Source of the DNA: the human T2T-CHM13v2.0 reference genome, Homo sapiens
NCBI RefSeq assembly: GCF_009914755.1
Contig: NC_060925.1
Strand: one strand, 5' to 3'
DNA length: 64,000 bases
Below, in pieces: positions 1-12,997 of the stretch. The position numbers were made by a program, and so were the translations under genes. The notes beneath the pieces were generated by a model. The model did no database searches. It saw only the letters and a program-made list of their open reading frames with translations, and was not told where the DNA came from. Within the stretch, counting starts at the first letter, position 1. Every line of letters starts with the position of its first letter.

Positions 1-614
1 GTGAATACATAGAATGTTAGTTCCGACAGTCAAGTTACAATTAGTCTATTAGGTCTAGCAATGATCCCCTTCTCTAGATGGAGTTTGTCTGGGTTGAATG
101 GCCTTGATTTCCAGAGAGAGGTATTGAAAACTTGCTCAGTAGTGACCTTTAACACCAATTTGCAAAAAAATAGATAGATTTTAGAGAATCTATCAGTCAT
201 GTCAGCATTGGAGAATGAGTCTTATGGTTGGCTTTAAAGAAAAGACTGAGGAATTATTCAACATCCAGGAAACAAAACACTTCACTATAAATTAAGTTTA
301 TCTCATTTAAAATCAATTTTATTTACATATTTTGTTTGTAAATGTTTATATTTCCAGAACAAAATAGGAATTTTATTTTCATGTAATTATATGTCCTTGA
401 ATTAACTATTTTACCTAAGTGTGATTGAAGATTGGTGTGACTGATATTTGTCATCATGAGATTTGGCATCTTAAGTAGAATTTGCTTTTTCAGGAAGCTA
501 AGTTTAACTGAGTGACCTGTGAATTACAGAAGAGGAATTTATCTTTATCAGCCATGTTCTAATAGTTCTTGTGTAACCTAAGACCGGTAAGACACTGAAG
601 TCATATTTCCTTGG

Positions 615-745
615 TGAAAGTCTTGGCTCCATCATATAGTAGCTGAGTGACCTAGAACAAATCACTTCTTTTCCATTTATCAGTTTTCTGTAAAATCAGA
701 GGGTAATAGTACCTATTTAATAGATGTTATAAATATTAAATGAGA
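615..745 (+). mobile_element. MIR SINE fragment, truncated where the L1 begins
   Basis: agctgagtgacctagaacaaatcactt...cagttttctgtaaaat...taatagtacct...attaaatgaga resembles the MIR core. Confidence 0.6.
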
Positions 746-3400
746 GAGTGGCATGAGCAAGATAGCAAAATAGAAAATCCCCAGGCATCACTCCCTCTAC
801 AAAAATACAACTAGAAAGTATTAAAAGATAAGAATACCACCCTGGAAACACCAGAACTTGAAAGAGAAGTGGAGGAAATTCCTAGACCCACAGAATTCAG
901 AGAAGCTGCAATGAGTAAAAGAAATATTCACTTTAGATGACACCCCCCTGCAAGCTGGCATACTGCCACTCACAGGAATTTCTCTAAACCCATGGTTGCC
1001 AATGGGGGAGGAGAGAATTGGAGGTACACATTTGATCTCCCCACTGGCTTGGGAATCTTCATGGGAATCTGACTCTTGTCCTGTCCCATGGGAAATACTG
1101 GGAGTGCCAAGAGGACTTTAACCACCTGAGTTAAACTGGGGACAAAAAGTAGGTGCTGATCTTAGTGACCAGTGTGCAGATCTCAGTGGCTATTAAGTGC
1201 TCAGACTAGTGGGAACACCATGTTGAAGGGAATGTTCAGTGCCGTAATCATAAAAGAGGACACAGTTCATGACAAGACTTGAATCCCTAGCAAGTTTTTT
1301 CACAATGCCCAGGAGCTTAGGTGAAGCCTTCTTTTGGCCTGTAAACAACTAAAATGTTGATATTACATTCCAGTGCCTGCTTTCCCGGAAGATGGCCATT
1401 GGGAAACAACAGCAGGACAGCAATATCATTTCAGGACAGTATTTAAGCTCCAGGGTTCACTGTAAGTTTCCCCACACCATGAAACAATGGCAGGGCAACA
1501 AGTTATGTCTAGTGTAGTGCATTAATTCTTGTGCTCACTATAAGTCCATTCCAGAATGAGAAGCAACAACAGGACAGTGTTTAGGTTCTGATACTAAGAA
1601 GTAATGGTCTAACACCATTAAAGAACACCTGCAAAAGCTGGAAGCGGTGGCTGTGTTTTTAAATGTACAGGCATCAATGTAAAGACACAAGAATTTTAGA
1701 ACTCAGAGAAACATGACACCACGAAAAGAAGCCAATGAAGCTCCAGCAATGGATCCAAAATAATTGCAAATCTCTGGAATATCTGTTGAAGAATTCAGAA
1801 TAATTTTCTTAGAGAAGTTCAGGGGATAACAGAAAAATAGGGGTAGAAAACTAAATAAAATTTGGAACACAATTCAGAAACAAAATGAGAAACTTAACAA
1901 CCAATAAAAACATTGACAACAATTTAAAACATAGAAAGCCTAGAACCTGAACTAAAAAACTCATTAGAGACCTTCAAAAGCAAACCTGATCAGAGAAAAT
2001 AATTAATGAGATTGAAAACAAAACATATGAAATTACACAACAGAAGATCAAAAAGAAAAAAAGCATAAAAAAAGAGTAAAGAAGACCTACAAAAATCATG
2101 GGACACCATCAAGCACATTAATCTCTACATAATTGAAATTCCCAAAGTAGACAAGGGGTAAAATTGGCCTACAAAACATATTTAATAAAAATGGCTAAAA
2201 ATTAGCCAGATTTTGAGATAGACAACACCATCAAAGCACAGAAAGTTCAGGGGTCTCCAATGAAACTCAACACAAAAGGAACTTCCCAAGACACATCATA
2301 ATCAAATTAGCAAAAATCAAAGACCAAGAAAGAATACTCAAAGAAGCAAGACAAAATAAACACATCACATTCAACAGAATCCCAATACAGCTTTCACTAA
2401 ATCTGTCAGTAGAAACCCTGTAGGCCAAGAGAGTGAGAGATGCTACATTTAAAGTGCTGAAAGGGAAAACAAAACAAAACAAAAAACTCACAACAAAGAA
2501 TACTCTACCCAAAAAACCAATTATTTAAACACAAAGAGATAAAGACTTTCCCAGACAAACAAAAGCTGAGATAATTCATCAACAGCAGACCTGTCTTAGA
2601 GGAAATACTAAAGAGAGTTTTTCAGTCAGAAATAAATGGATGCTGACACATAACAAACAAAAAATCTAATGGTAAAAACCTCACCGATGAAAGAAAACAG
2701 ACAAGTTCAGAATACTCTAATAATGTAATTATGATAAATAAACCAGTTTTATTTTAAATATTAAAACTAAAAGACACCATGCATGATGGCCCACACCTGT
2801 TATCCCAATGATTTGGTAGGCCAAGACAGGAGGATTGCTTGAGTCTAGGAGTTGGTGACCAGTCTGGGCAGCATAGTAAGACACCATCTCTATGAAAAAA
2901 TAAAATAAGTAGCAAGGCATGCTGCCATGCACCTGTACTCTTATCTACTTGGAAGGTTGTGGGAGGGTTTTTTGAGCCCAGGAGTTCAAGGCTGCAGTGA
3001 GCTGTCATGGCACCACTGTACTCCAGCATGTGCAACTGACAGGAACCCCATCTCTAAAAAAAAGGACTAAAAGACAAAACTATTAAAAACAACAAAACTA
3101 TAATAATTGATTGAGATATATGCAATCTGAAACATCAAAAGTCCAAGTGTAGGGAGGGATGGTGTTAAAGTGTAGAGTTTGTTTTTGATGCTTTCTTTGC
3201 AATCAATGCTACGTTGTTAGTATAAAATAGCCTGTTGTAACTATAAGATATTTTTTGTAAGCCTCATAGTAACCAAAAAGCAAAAACCTGTAATAGATAC
3301 ACAAAAATTTATAGCACAAAATCAAAATATCTGCTAGAAAAAAAAAATCCCTCAACCACAAAGACAGTAACAGAGAAAAATAAATAAGAATATATAAGAC
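746..3400 (+). mobile_element. Old L1 (L1M-type) 5' UTR + decayed ORF1 + inter-ORF region, interrupted by an AluJ
   Basis: 5' end caagatagcaaaatag; 2290-2460 translates to RHIIIKLAKIKDQERILKEARQNKHITFNRIPIQLSLNLSVETL*AKR...FKVLK (L1 ORF1p motifs); A-rich sense strand; stops and frameshifts present. Confidence 0.85.
2777..3063 (+). mobile_element. AluJ (old, diverged) inserted into L1
   Basis: Dimeric Alu with J-type gagcccaggagttcaaggctgcagtgagct; TSD actaaaagaca at 2766-2776 and 3066-3076. Confidence 0.92.
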
Positions 3401-3409
3401 CATTATAGA

Positions 3410-3810
3410 AAAAAGATATCCAAATTAGATGAAAATTTTAGAAGATCTAAATAGATGAATAGCTATGACATGCTTACTTATTAAAACATTCAATATTATG
3501 AATATCTCAATTGTTCCAAAATATAATAACCTTCAAAGTAAATATAATATCAATAAATATCTCAACAGAAGGTTTGGGGAACTTGACATATTGATTTCAA
3601 TATTTATATGAAAAGCAAAGGGTCAAGAAAGGCAAGGTACTGCTAAAGAAGGGCAGTGTAGAGGATCTTTGTACATAAGGTATAAAGACTTTTTATAAAT
3701 CTATTACAAATTGTGGTATCAGCACTGTAATCACAAATAGACTACCAGACTGAAAGATCTCATGCAGAAACAGACCCACACATGAAAACCTGAAAAATGA
3801 ATTGGAAAAG
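3410..3810 (+). mobile_element. L1M ORF2 fragment (C-terminal to the RT domain), very diverged
   Basis: gaagatctaaatagatg...ggaacttgacatattgatttcaatatttatatgaaaagcaaagggtcaagaa...tgtggtatcagcac...gaaacagacccacac follows the ORF2 EDLNxW...ELDKLILKFIWK...VWYW...ExDPH pattern. Confidence 0.7.
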
Positions 3811-6800
3811 GGCAGAAAAAACTTAAAGATAATTTGTGAGCAGAATTCCTAAAATTCATGTGAATAGTAAAATAATAACTAAAATAAATGACAGTTAACA
3901 AACAAAGTTAATTCAATTAGCAAATTTAGGCTGTGAATTATCTTATTTGGCTGTCTAAATATCAATTCAATAGAACATGTAAACTGAATCACCACTTGAA
4001 TTTTTGCTGTATAAACAAAGTCTGAAAGACATTTTAAAGATAGAGGGATGTTTTGAGTAATTGACATTTTCTCTGGACAGAAAGTAGTGATATTTTGTAG
4101 CAATGCAGTAACATCAAACAGGTCACACGAAAGGAATGTCACTTTTTTATTGAAAAGAGGGAAAAACACCATGGAGAAATTCATTTTCTTGTCTACATAA
4201 TTGGAAGTCCTGCAAAGAAAACAAGACAGAAGGCTTATAAGGGGACTATGATGCTTGTTTCCTGAGCTTCAGCACTACATGATTTTAGCCTAGTATTCTG
4301 TGAAAAATGGATTTATCATCACTGGGCTTCGAGCCTCTAGACCTTAACTACAAGATCATCTGAACTTACTAAGGAGATTCCCTTGGATCAAGATCAACCA
4401 CAGCCTATCATGTTCAAGTATTATGAGTCTCATTATTAGTTTTAAAATGGAAAGCTGTATTCTACAGCACTCTATAATAACAAATAATGATTTCTCTGAA
4501 TCTCCTAAACATGGTCATGTCAAGAAATGAACATGGAAAACTGATCTTATGAGAAAAGCAAAATATAGCTCCAATAAAAATTGCACTGGTGAAGGGGTAT
4601 TGGGGGTATCTCAAACTCAAAATGTAAGCCTCACAGATAAGGAATGCTGCTATGTACTAAGCATCTTTATCCTCATTCAGCAATAACAGAGATCAGCAAA
4701 ACATTGTTAGAAATCATTTCAGTTAGCATGGATGCTATTGTCAAGATTAGATAAATTAAACTGATAAATCCCAAGTTTAGATCGAAAATCTCTAACAACA
4801 TGAAATAAGTCAAAATATGTGTCAGGCAGTGCTGCCAAGAAGGTTTTCAAAGTTCCCACAAGCATAGTATGATTGGAAAATCTACAATTTTTAAGGAAAA
4901 CAATAGACCAATTGCCAGGTAAGTATAAGCATATAGGTCTGGCATTTGTCAGAAATCTGGCATTGGAATCAAATCATGGCCAAAACAAGGTGCACAGTGT
5001 ATGTAAGTGACTTAGGCAGTTTCACATTGTCAGCCAACCTCACAACAAATGACACTGTGTTTTATTGGCAAGTGTTTTGTACCTTCTTAATTGAGTGCTA
5101 CATGAGAGTAACTTACCTTGTACTAGGGGCAACAACCTAAGCATCTGGAGATAAGAAAGATGTAAATTTAAGTCTGCATCTAAGAAAGAATTCATGTTCT
5201 TCTGCAATAAAGAACTAGCTTTGAAAATATACTGGAAATTCTCAGATAGATTTTTCTAACATATTACTTAAAAAATGATAGCTATTGATGGAATTAAAGA
5301 GAGAAACAAAAGGATGAAAGGAAGGAGGAAAAGAGCAGTTGATGAATCTATAACTATGAGAGCCAGTGGAAAACACGTGGTTCTATGTCTCATGAAGCAG
5401 ATATGCAGCCCCAAGGGGAGTCTTCAATTTTTTGAAAAGTCAATAAGAGCCCAAGAAGATTTTCACTTTATTTTAATATTCCAATCACTTTTGGAAGATC
5501 CTAACAGGTCAGTCTTACTCTCAAAGTTTTCCTCTGAGATGTTTTCTGGGGTTACTTGCACACTTTGAGAGTAAGTTACAAATCTTAGCTTTCCAGAGCC
5601 AGAAAGAACCTTCAAAACTATCTATTCCAATCTCAGCATTTTGTACAAAGTCACAGATCATGAAAGAGTTTTTTATCCCTGAATTAATATGTTATATGTT
5701 TTTGTATTTACAGAGTTCTTTAAAACGACCGAAGAACTGTCACAAACGTAGCAAAATGGTCTTCATATGTGATACAGCCGCCTCTCCAGAAGTCAGCTTT
5801 CTTACTCTATTATTGATTCTAACCTTGGGAAAGCCTTCCTATTATCCTTCAAGTTCTGCTGAAAATGAAGTACTTGGGGTCAAGGGAAAAAATACCTACT
5901 AGTAATGCTCAGACTTCAGGAATAAATGATCTCCAGGATGACATTAGCACAGTCCTTCACCTGGGAGACAGCAAGAACTAAGAGAAAGGAAAAAAGTACC
6001 CAGGTTCAAATGATGACTTTTAGAATAATTTTCTGATCTGGCCAGGACAGATTTTACTGTAATGATCATGCTAATCTAGTCTTGATTAGCATGACCATGA
6101 AAATAATTATCATTTATATGTAATTTTAAATCTTAAAAGCCTTTGTTAAAATGTTCTTTCCTGCTATAATAGCACATGCAGTATTGACTAGAGTAATGAA
6201 TTCATTATGGGGCTTCTGATTTTTTTTCAAAGTCTATAAATACATACCTTGTACCCAAGTCCTAATATTAGCACATAGACTATGTATTGAATCTTTAATA
6301 TGTCTTTCTGGTCATTAATATTTTAAAATTTTAATGTATATTTATTTTTGGTATGATATGTTGGGAGACATTTCTGTAATGTGTGTATATGTATATATAT
6401 ATCTTATTTTACTTAGAAAATTACATTCTTTCTGATCTTCATTATTTCTTCACTTACATCACTCTAATGTTAAGAGCTTGAAGATCATATAAACTTAAGT
6501 ACTTGCTAACTACTTTTTCCTGAAGGTATTTTAAGAAACTGTCCTCACCACATAATTATATGAATAGTCTCACTTCTGTTTTCTAAAAAAATGACTACAC
6601 TAATACCTTTTAATGTTTTAAAATTATACTAACAATAGATGCATTTGAAATATTGAAACTGTAGTGAGATTTTAATATCATAAAATAAATAAAATAAAAA
6701 GCGGGACAGTTTTTCAAAGAGAGCAACTTGATATCACTTTTAATGTGTTACATTCCAAAAGTTCTCCTTTGTGAAAAATTAAAAACAACTACATACATTC

Positions 6801-7227
6801 TAGGAGGGAAAAGTCAACTGGCAAACCTCCTTAAGTCTGAATGAAGAAAATTTAAGATAATTTTCACATCTGCAAACATAACACTCTTCCTGACTATAAC
6901 ACCAATAAATGTATGAGAATCTATTATCATGATAAGAATGTGTCTAAGGAAAGTACTCACATGTTTTTGTCTAAATAATATAACTTCATAAAACTGTATA
7001 AAAATTGGTACACAAAATAACTAAACTCCTAAGTGTGGAGTTTTGTTGAAAGTGTTTTTATCAATTTATTATTTTTTCAAGTGAACTTTAGAACAAAATG
7101 TTTCTCTTTTGTAGAATACTGGTCTAAAGCACACAATACTTTAAGGTGTTAAGAACACATGTTTTCTGTTTCATTTACAAGAAAAAGACAGAGTCCTTTT
7201 ATGACTCTGAGGGCAGATAGGTTTAGT

Positions 7228-7375
7228 TGTGGTTTTCAAATTGGTCAGACTCACTCAAGGACTGTTAGAAGTGTAGTTTCTAGCACTTCATCCTGGAAGT
7301 TTTGTTTAATAGTTTTTAGGGTAGAGTCTAGGAAAGTTTTTATCAAACACTCCAGGTACTTTGGTATAAGAGATC
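7228..7375. mobile_element. MER5-like hAT-Charlie MITE relic
   Basis: gtggttttcaaa...tgttagaagtgtagtttct...aaacactccaggtactttg resembles MER5A/B. Confidence 0.45.
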
Positions 7376-7688
7376 TACTGACCTGTATGTAGGATCCATA
7401 AGGATAGGATTGAAAAATGATAAAATTCAAAGTAAGTTGACAGAGGAAGTGAGCCTTCGTTCTGCCATCTCCTATCAACATTTGTATAGGAATGTCACTG
7501 TGATCCTATAAGCCTAAACTTCCTCAATTGTAAGGCAAAAATATTTTGAGAATCAAATGAGATAAAGATAATGCAAAGGTATAATAAGTAGGAAAAAATG
7601 AAATGAATACTAATTATAATTGAATATCTTCCTACAATAGAGTAGATTGAAATTAGTGAATGCATTTGGTAGGGGAGAAGCTAAGTTA

Positions 7689-7785
7689 TACGAGGAGACT
7701 TCAAAAAAATTCATGGAAAAATTGAGCAAGAGCATTGTTTGTGGTGGAGCAGGATCTCTGATGAAGCTTTCTCAGGCGTTTTTCC
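7689..7785 (-). mobile_element. HSMAR2 mariner fragment (TIR joined to a transposase segment)
   Basis: TA + cgaggagacttcaaaaaaattcatggaaaa matches the Hsmar2 TIR; reverse complement of 7723-7785 reads EKRLRKLHQR/LLHH-NALAH, the mariner LLHHDNAPAH catalytic-region motif. Confidence 0.75.
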
Positions 7786-7789
7786 TACG

Positions 7790-7930
7790 TCCTCCCTCAA
7801 TTCTCTGCCATAGCCTCTCTGAAAATCAAAGAGAACATGAGAATGGCAAATGTAGCCTCTTGCAATCTAAAGAAAAGCAGTGGAAGGCTGGGTCATGGAT
7901 CTGAGAGCAAACAGGGAGTTGACCAGCATA
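7790..7930. mobile_element. Possible old ERVL-type LTR fragment (LTR33-like)
   Basis: ggaaggctgggtcatggatctgagagcaaacagggagttgaccagcata resembles an LTR33-family terminus. Confidence 0.3.
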
Positions 7931-8082
7931 GTAATCTAGTTAGACTGTAATGATTAAAGATATAAAGCAACAAATGCATTAAAGCCTAGAACCTAGCTTA
8001 TCCTAAATATGCCTACTACTGGTAGGCTTCTAAGCAGGAGGGTACAAGGAATGCTTCCTTAAAACCATTAATGATTTAATTG

Positions 8083-8300
8083 AGAGGCAGTATAGCAACA
8101 GCACAGGTTTTAGGTTTCCACCCTGGCTCTGTCACTTCCAAGTTATAATAAACCTTCTCGCAGCCTTAAATTTTTAATCTGTAAATTGTGGTTAATAACA
8201 TTTGCCTTACCAAACAGGTACAAATGATAAAAGAGGTAATGAATATAAAGATATTACTACAATGCCTCAACTGATTGTAACAATAATGGTGGCTTATAAC
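8083..8300 (+). mobile_element. MIR SINE
   Basis: gagaggcagtatagc...ccctggctctgtcactt...atctgtaaattgtgg...aatgaatataaag...acaatgcct. Confidence 0.6.
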
Positions 8301-10664
8301 ATTATTGGAAACTAGAAAAGAAGAAAATAAAAGTGGTAGCTTAGTAAATGTCTTATAAAATCTTGCTTTAATATATTTTTTCTATATTTAACTGTGATTT
8401 TATTACCATAGTTCATTAAATATAGATGGCGTCTAATGTAAGAAATTTTGTAATTTTTATATACCTCTAAGACAGAAAAACATTCCATTAAACTATGACA
8501 CAGCAATATTTCTTTCTTTTTTTTTCTCATTTGAACTGAATATCACTGGAAGTAGCTTCTGTTTAAAGTAAGCACAAAGTTTCTGACAAATTATATTTGA
8601 TACCCTATAAAGATAGTTCTGCACAATGCATAAATGGATCATATGAGGCTCTTGCTGCTTTGAAATTTTTTACTTCTCATGTCAGTTTACCTGCCTTTCT
8701 GTTGCTTTGTTTAATATTTGTTAGACAAGCCTTATGCATGTATCTCAGTAACAACATTTAGCCTCACCTCTTTATAAGGTTCTTTTTTTGAGTACTTTCC
8801 TTTTCTTATGTGTTGCTTTGCAAGAATTCGGTTCATTTCTCTCAAGACAAATATTTTCTTCTATCATGTCAAATTAATATCACCGCACTTTTCCTGGAAC
8901 TTTCAGTATACACAGCAACTTTTCGCTTAAGTGCTGAATCATAGTGTAAATTTCTTCAAATTATTTTAAATGGCTATTAAATTCTAAACTCTCTAGTGTT
9001 AAAAATGTACAAACTCAACTTATGTAATGGCAGTATGAACAAATATGATCAAGTTCACACACCATGTCAAAGTTGTTGCCTGATCAACAGCAACTGTGGT
9101 ATGGCAAATATTTTAGGATGCATCCCAATTTTATTAATAGATGTGCTTCTTGGTACCAATAAAATATGATCACATTTACTGATGTACCACATCAATTTGT
9201 GGGCAAGTGAAAAGAACAGAAATTAAAGAAAAAAGAATCAAACACAGAATTTTCTACGGAGAATGTTTGTTTTTAATAGATAGAAAATAATGACATCTAT
9301 TTAAGTGTTTATCAGAACCCAGAACATATTTCCAATATTTAGCTATTTTATTCTACGCTTATAACTTATATGCTGCCAGGGAAATATCATGTATCTTTTT
9401 ATTTTAAAAATAATAAGCAGTAGTAGTGAATAGGCATGAGAATTCTAAAATTGAACTCTACATGGGCAGAAATTTTATAGATATTTTCTCTAAGATCAGT
9501 AGTTTTTTTCTGTCAAAAATTTCATTGAAAAACTGCATCTTAAAGCATAGCTGGGATAAATAATTTTTAAATGATTTCTTTTAAAGAAATCACCTATTTT
9601 TTAAAAATTAAGACAAAACATGATACATGATCACTATTTGCTCAGTAGTGGTGAATAGGCATGAAAATTCTAAAACCAAACTTTATATGGGTATGAAAAA
9701 ATATTAAGGTAAAGAATATTTAAGATCTGTGGAGGAATATGATCACTCATGGAATTAGTAATGTGTTGCTAATAGCACCTAATACAGCATCGAATTACAT
9801 TTTTATAGCCTTTATAGTCCTAGTTAAACCATTCAACACCCTGAGAAACGGATCAATGCATTTATCTCTAGCTTCTGCAGGAAAAAGGGATTCGGTAATG
9901 AGCTATCTTCATTACCGAATAAGATAGAGGTTGGTAGAGATAAAAGTAGACAAAAACGAAAAAGAAGCTTGTTGCTTATATGAGTTTGGTTCATCCTGAT
10001 TGAGGGTGGCATTAACCAGAAGTTTCTAAAGCTCCATTGTAGCCAACTGTAGCCACAGCCCAGTAGCTAATAGTTGAGGAAGATATGTTAAATCAACCTG
10101 AAGCAAAGAATGAACATTTGAGTTATGATTCACAAAACAAGAAAATCCTCAGTGGGGGTTCCAGAGGGAAGGGATACTAGTAGAAGGTGGATTGTTAAAA
10201 ATATTTCAATCCAGAAGCAAAACTATCGGGAAACTCTATAGCATCTGGAAGCATAAGAATCTAATGGGGATCAAGATTTAATTCATTCTGAATTTCCACA
10301 TATATCTAAGAAGATTCTAAGTTGCTAATAACTAAGAAGGCATAATTGAACAAAGCTAATACAGATGCTTTTATAGAATACTGTTCTTACTCATACTGGG
10401 ACTGACTGGGCCTAGAGGGAAACCATACTTCCTCTCCTTAGAATATTTTATCATATCTAGACCAAAATCCCCTCCATTTTCCAAAATTTCCCTGTTTGCT
10501 TTATTCTTTTCACCTCTAACCTACTCTGTTCATATAGATAATGCATAAATGACAGCTAGAAATCTTAGTGGACTAATGTGTAAAATACATACACTTTAAA
10601 CATAGAATCATTTGTATCTTAATTAAATATATGATGATCAATAAAGTAGTGTGTCGTTATTAAA

Positions 10665-11015
10665 GTCTTGTGAGGAAACAAAAATGAACCCAGGTAAGTT
10701 ATCTGCCTCTGGAGGGGCATACAGACTAGTAAAGAAAGTGCATCTATAAATATCTAATCATAATAAAAGCAGAATAGAGTAAGTGCTAAGTAGAAGCAGA
10801 AATACTGTACTGTAGCAATCAGAGAGGGAATGATTAATTGTAATTTGGAAGATCAGTGTCAGTGACAGCCTCTCTGAGGAGATGGTATTTCAGTCTCTTT
10901 TGAAGGATTTCAATAAATAATGTAGGGAAGATGATTTCAAGCTGAGAGAGACAGCATGAGTAAAGGTAAGGAACGTTGAGAGTGCATGTTATTTTTGGAA
11001 AGCCAGGAGGAGGAG
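10665..11015 (-). mobile_element. L2 LINE 3' region
   Basis: tctgcctctggaggggcatacagactagt...gcctctctgaggagatggtattt...cagcatgagtaaagg, typical antisense L2. Confidence 0.65.
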
Positions 11016-11214
11016 TTAGTTTTGCAAACAAAATGTAGATTACAAGGAAGAATAATATGTTTTAACTTGCTTGAGCTTCTGATGCATTGGCTAGTTATTT
11101 TCAATTGGCTTTATGTTATGTATTCTGCTTACATGTTTTAAATGTATGTTGTGGTTGAGTTTACTTGTTATTTGCCCGAATGTATTATCTTTTAGTGGAA
11201 ATGCTTTTTTTTTC

Positions 11215-11800
11215 TAGTGATGGTCACACAATACACTCAATTCTACACTTTCTTCTACAGTGTGACATTGACACATTTCAAAAGAGTGGTAGAGAGTAAG
11301 TTCTCTCCTGTTTTCCCCAATCTAGCCTTATGACTTGCTTGTAACCAAAAGAATGTGGTGAAAGTGATGCCACAGGACTTCTGACATTAAGTCAGAAAAG
11401 GCCATGCAGTTTCTGCCTGGTTCTCTTGACAATAATCCCTCTCAGAATACTTCCTCTTGGAATCCAGCTGATATGCCATAAGAAGACCAGACAGCATGGA
11501 CAGGCCACATTGTAAGTCCTCCAGGCAACAGTATGATCCTAGCGTGAATCAACCCAGTCCAGGTACCAGCCATGTAACTGAAACGGTCATTTTAGAAATA
11601 GATCCTCTAGTGTCAGCTGTTTTAGCCCCCCACACTGCTCACCCCAGACTGAGGTCCCAGATACTGTGGAGCAGAGGATATCTTTTCCTGACAAATCTCC
11701 AGTTAAACAACCTACAGATCCTCTGAAGATACAAAAATTGTTGTGGCTTTATGGCACAAAGTTTGGAGTGTTTTATTATGAAGCAATAATAATTGATACA
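11215..11800 (+). mobile_element. MLT1 (MaLR) solo LTR, G/H-like
   Basis: tgacttgcttgtaaccaaaagaatgtggtgaaagtgatg...aaaaggccatgcagtttctgcctgg...aagtttggagtgttttattatgaagcaataataattgataca end. Confidence 0.8.
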
Positions 11801-12162
11801 CTTTTCCTCCCTGTGTAAGAAAATTACACAGGGAGGAAATAATATGCTGATTATGCTTTTAATAAAATTTAAGATATAAATATGCTAAGACAATGTATAA
11901 ATAATGAAGTCAGGATTGAGGAATCATGAAATTTTTTTTGTTGTAAGCTTTTTAAAGAACTAACTGATTTAAAAAATTATATTACACAAATTATTTGTAC
12001 TTAGTCCTTTCATTAATAAAATTAAAGTTTATTTTTTTCAAAAATAGCTAACTGGAACATCCTACGAATGAATAAATACATTTTTCTCTTCTATCTCTAA
12101 ATCCAAATCTTCAATGAATTTGGGTCTCTCTCTTGCTATCACTCTCTCACATACACAGAGAT

Positions 12163-12187
12163 ACACACACACACACACACACACACA
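12163..12187. repeat. (CA)12 microsatellite
   Basis: Uninterrupted AC run preceded by TC-rich sequence. Confidence 0.95.
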
Positions 12188-12337
12188 TTGCAGCATAGGA
12201 TAGAGTAGATCACTGAGAACTCTCTGGAAGTTATGATACAGATGGATTCTGTAGTATACTGAAATTGGCTTCAATTTTTTGAAATACCTCTTATCAAGAG
12301 TTGGGATCTATTTCTGCACCTCTTGAATTTGGGCTTA

Positions 12338-12997
<660 letters not shown>

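Noticed and set aside
2267-3403. Hydrophobic minus-strand ORFs resembling membrane peptides
   Set aside because: Antisense reading of A-rich L1 sequence yields F/L/I-rich strings
4540-4700. Possible CR1/L3 relic
   Set aside because: Similarity too faint to support by eye
5660-5902. 80-aa ORF with an acceptor-like ttttgtatttacAG at ~5713 and a few CpGs
   Set aside because: No good donor and no recognisable peptide; too weak to call
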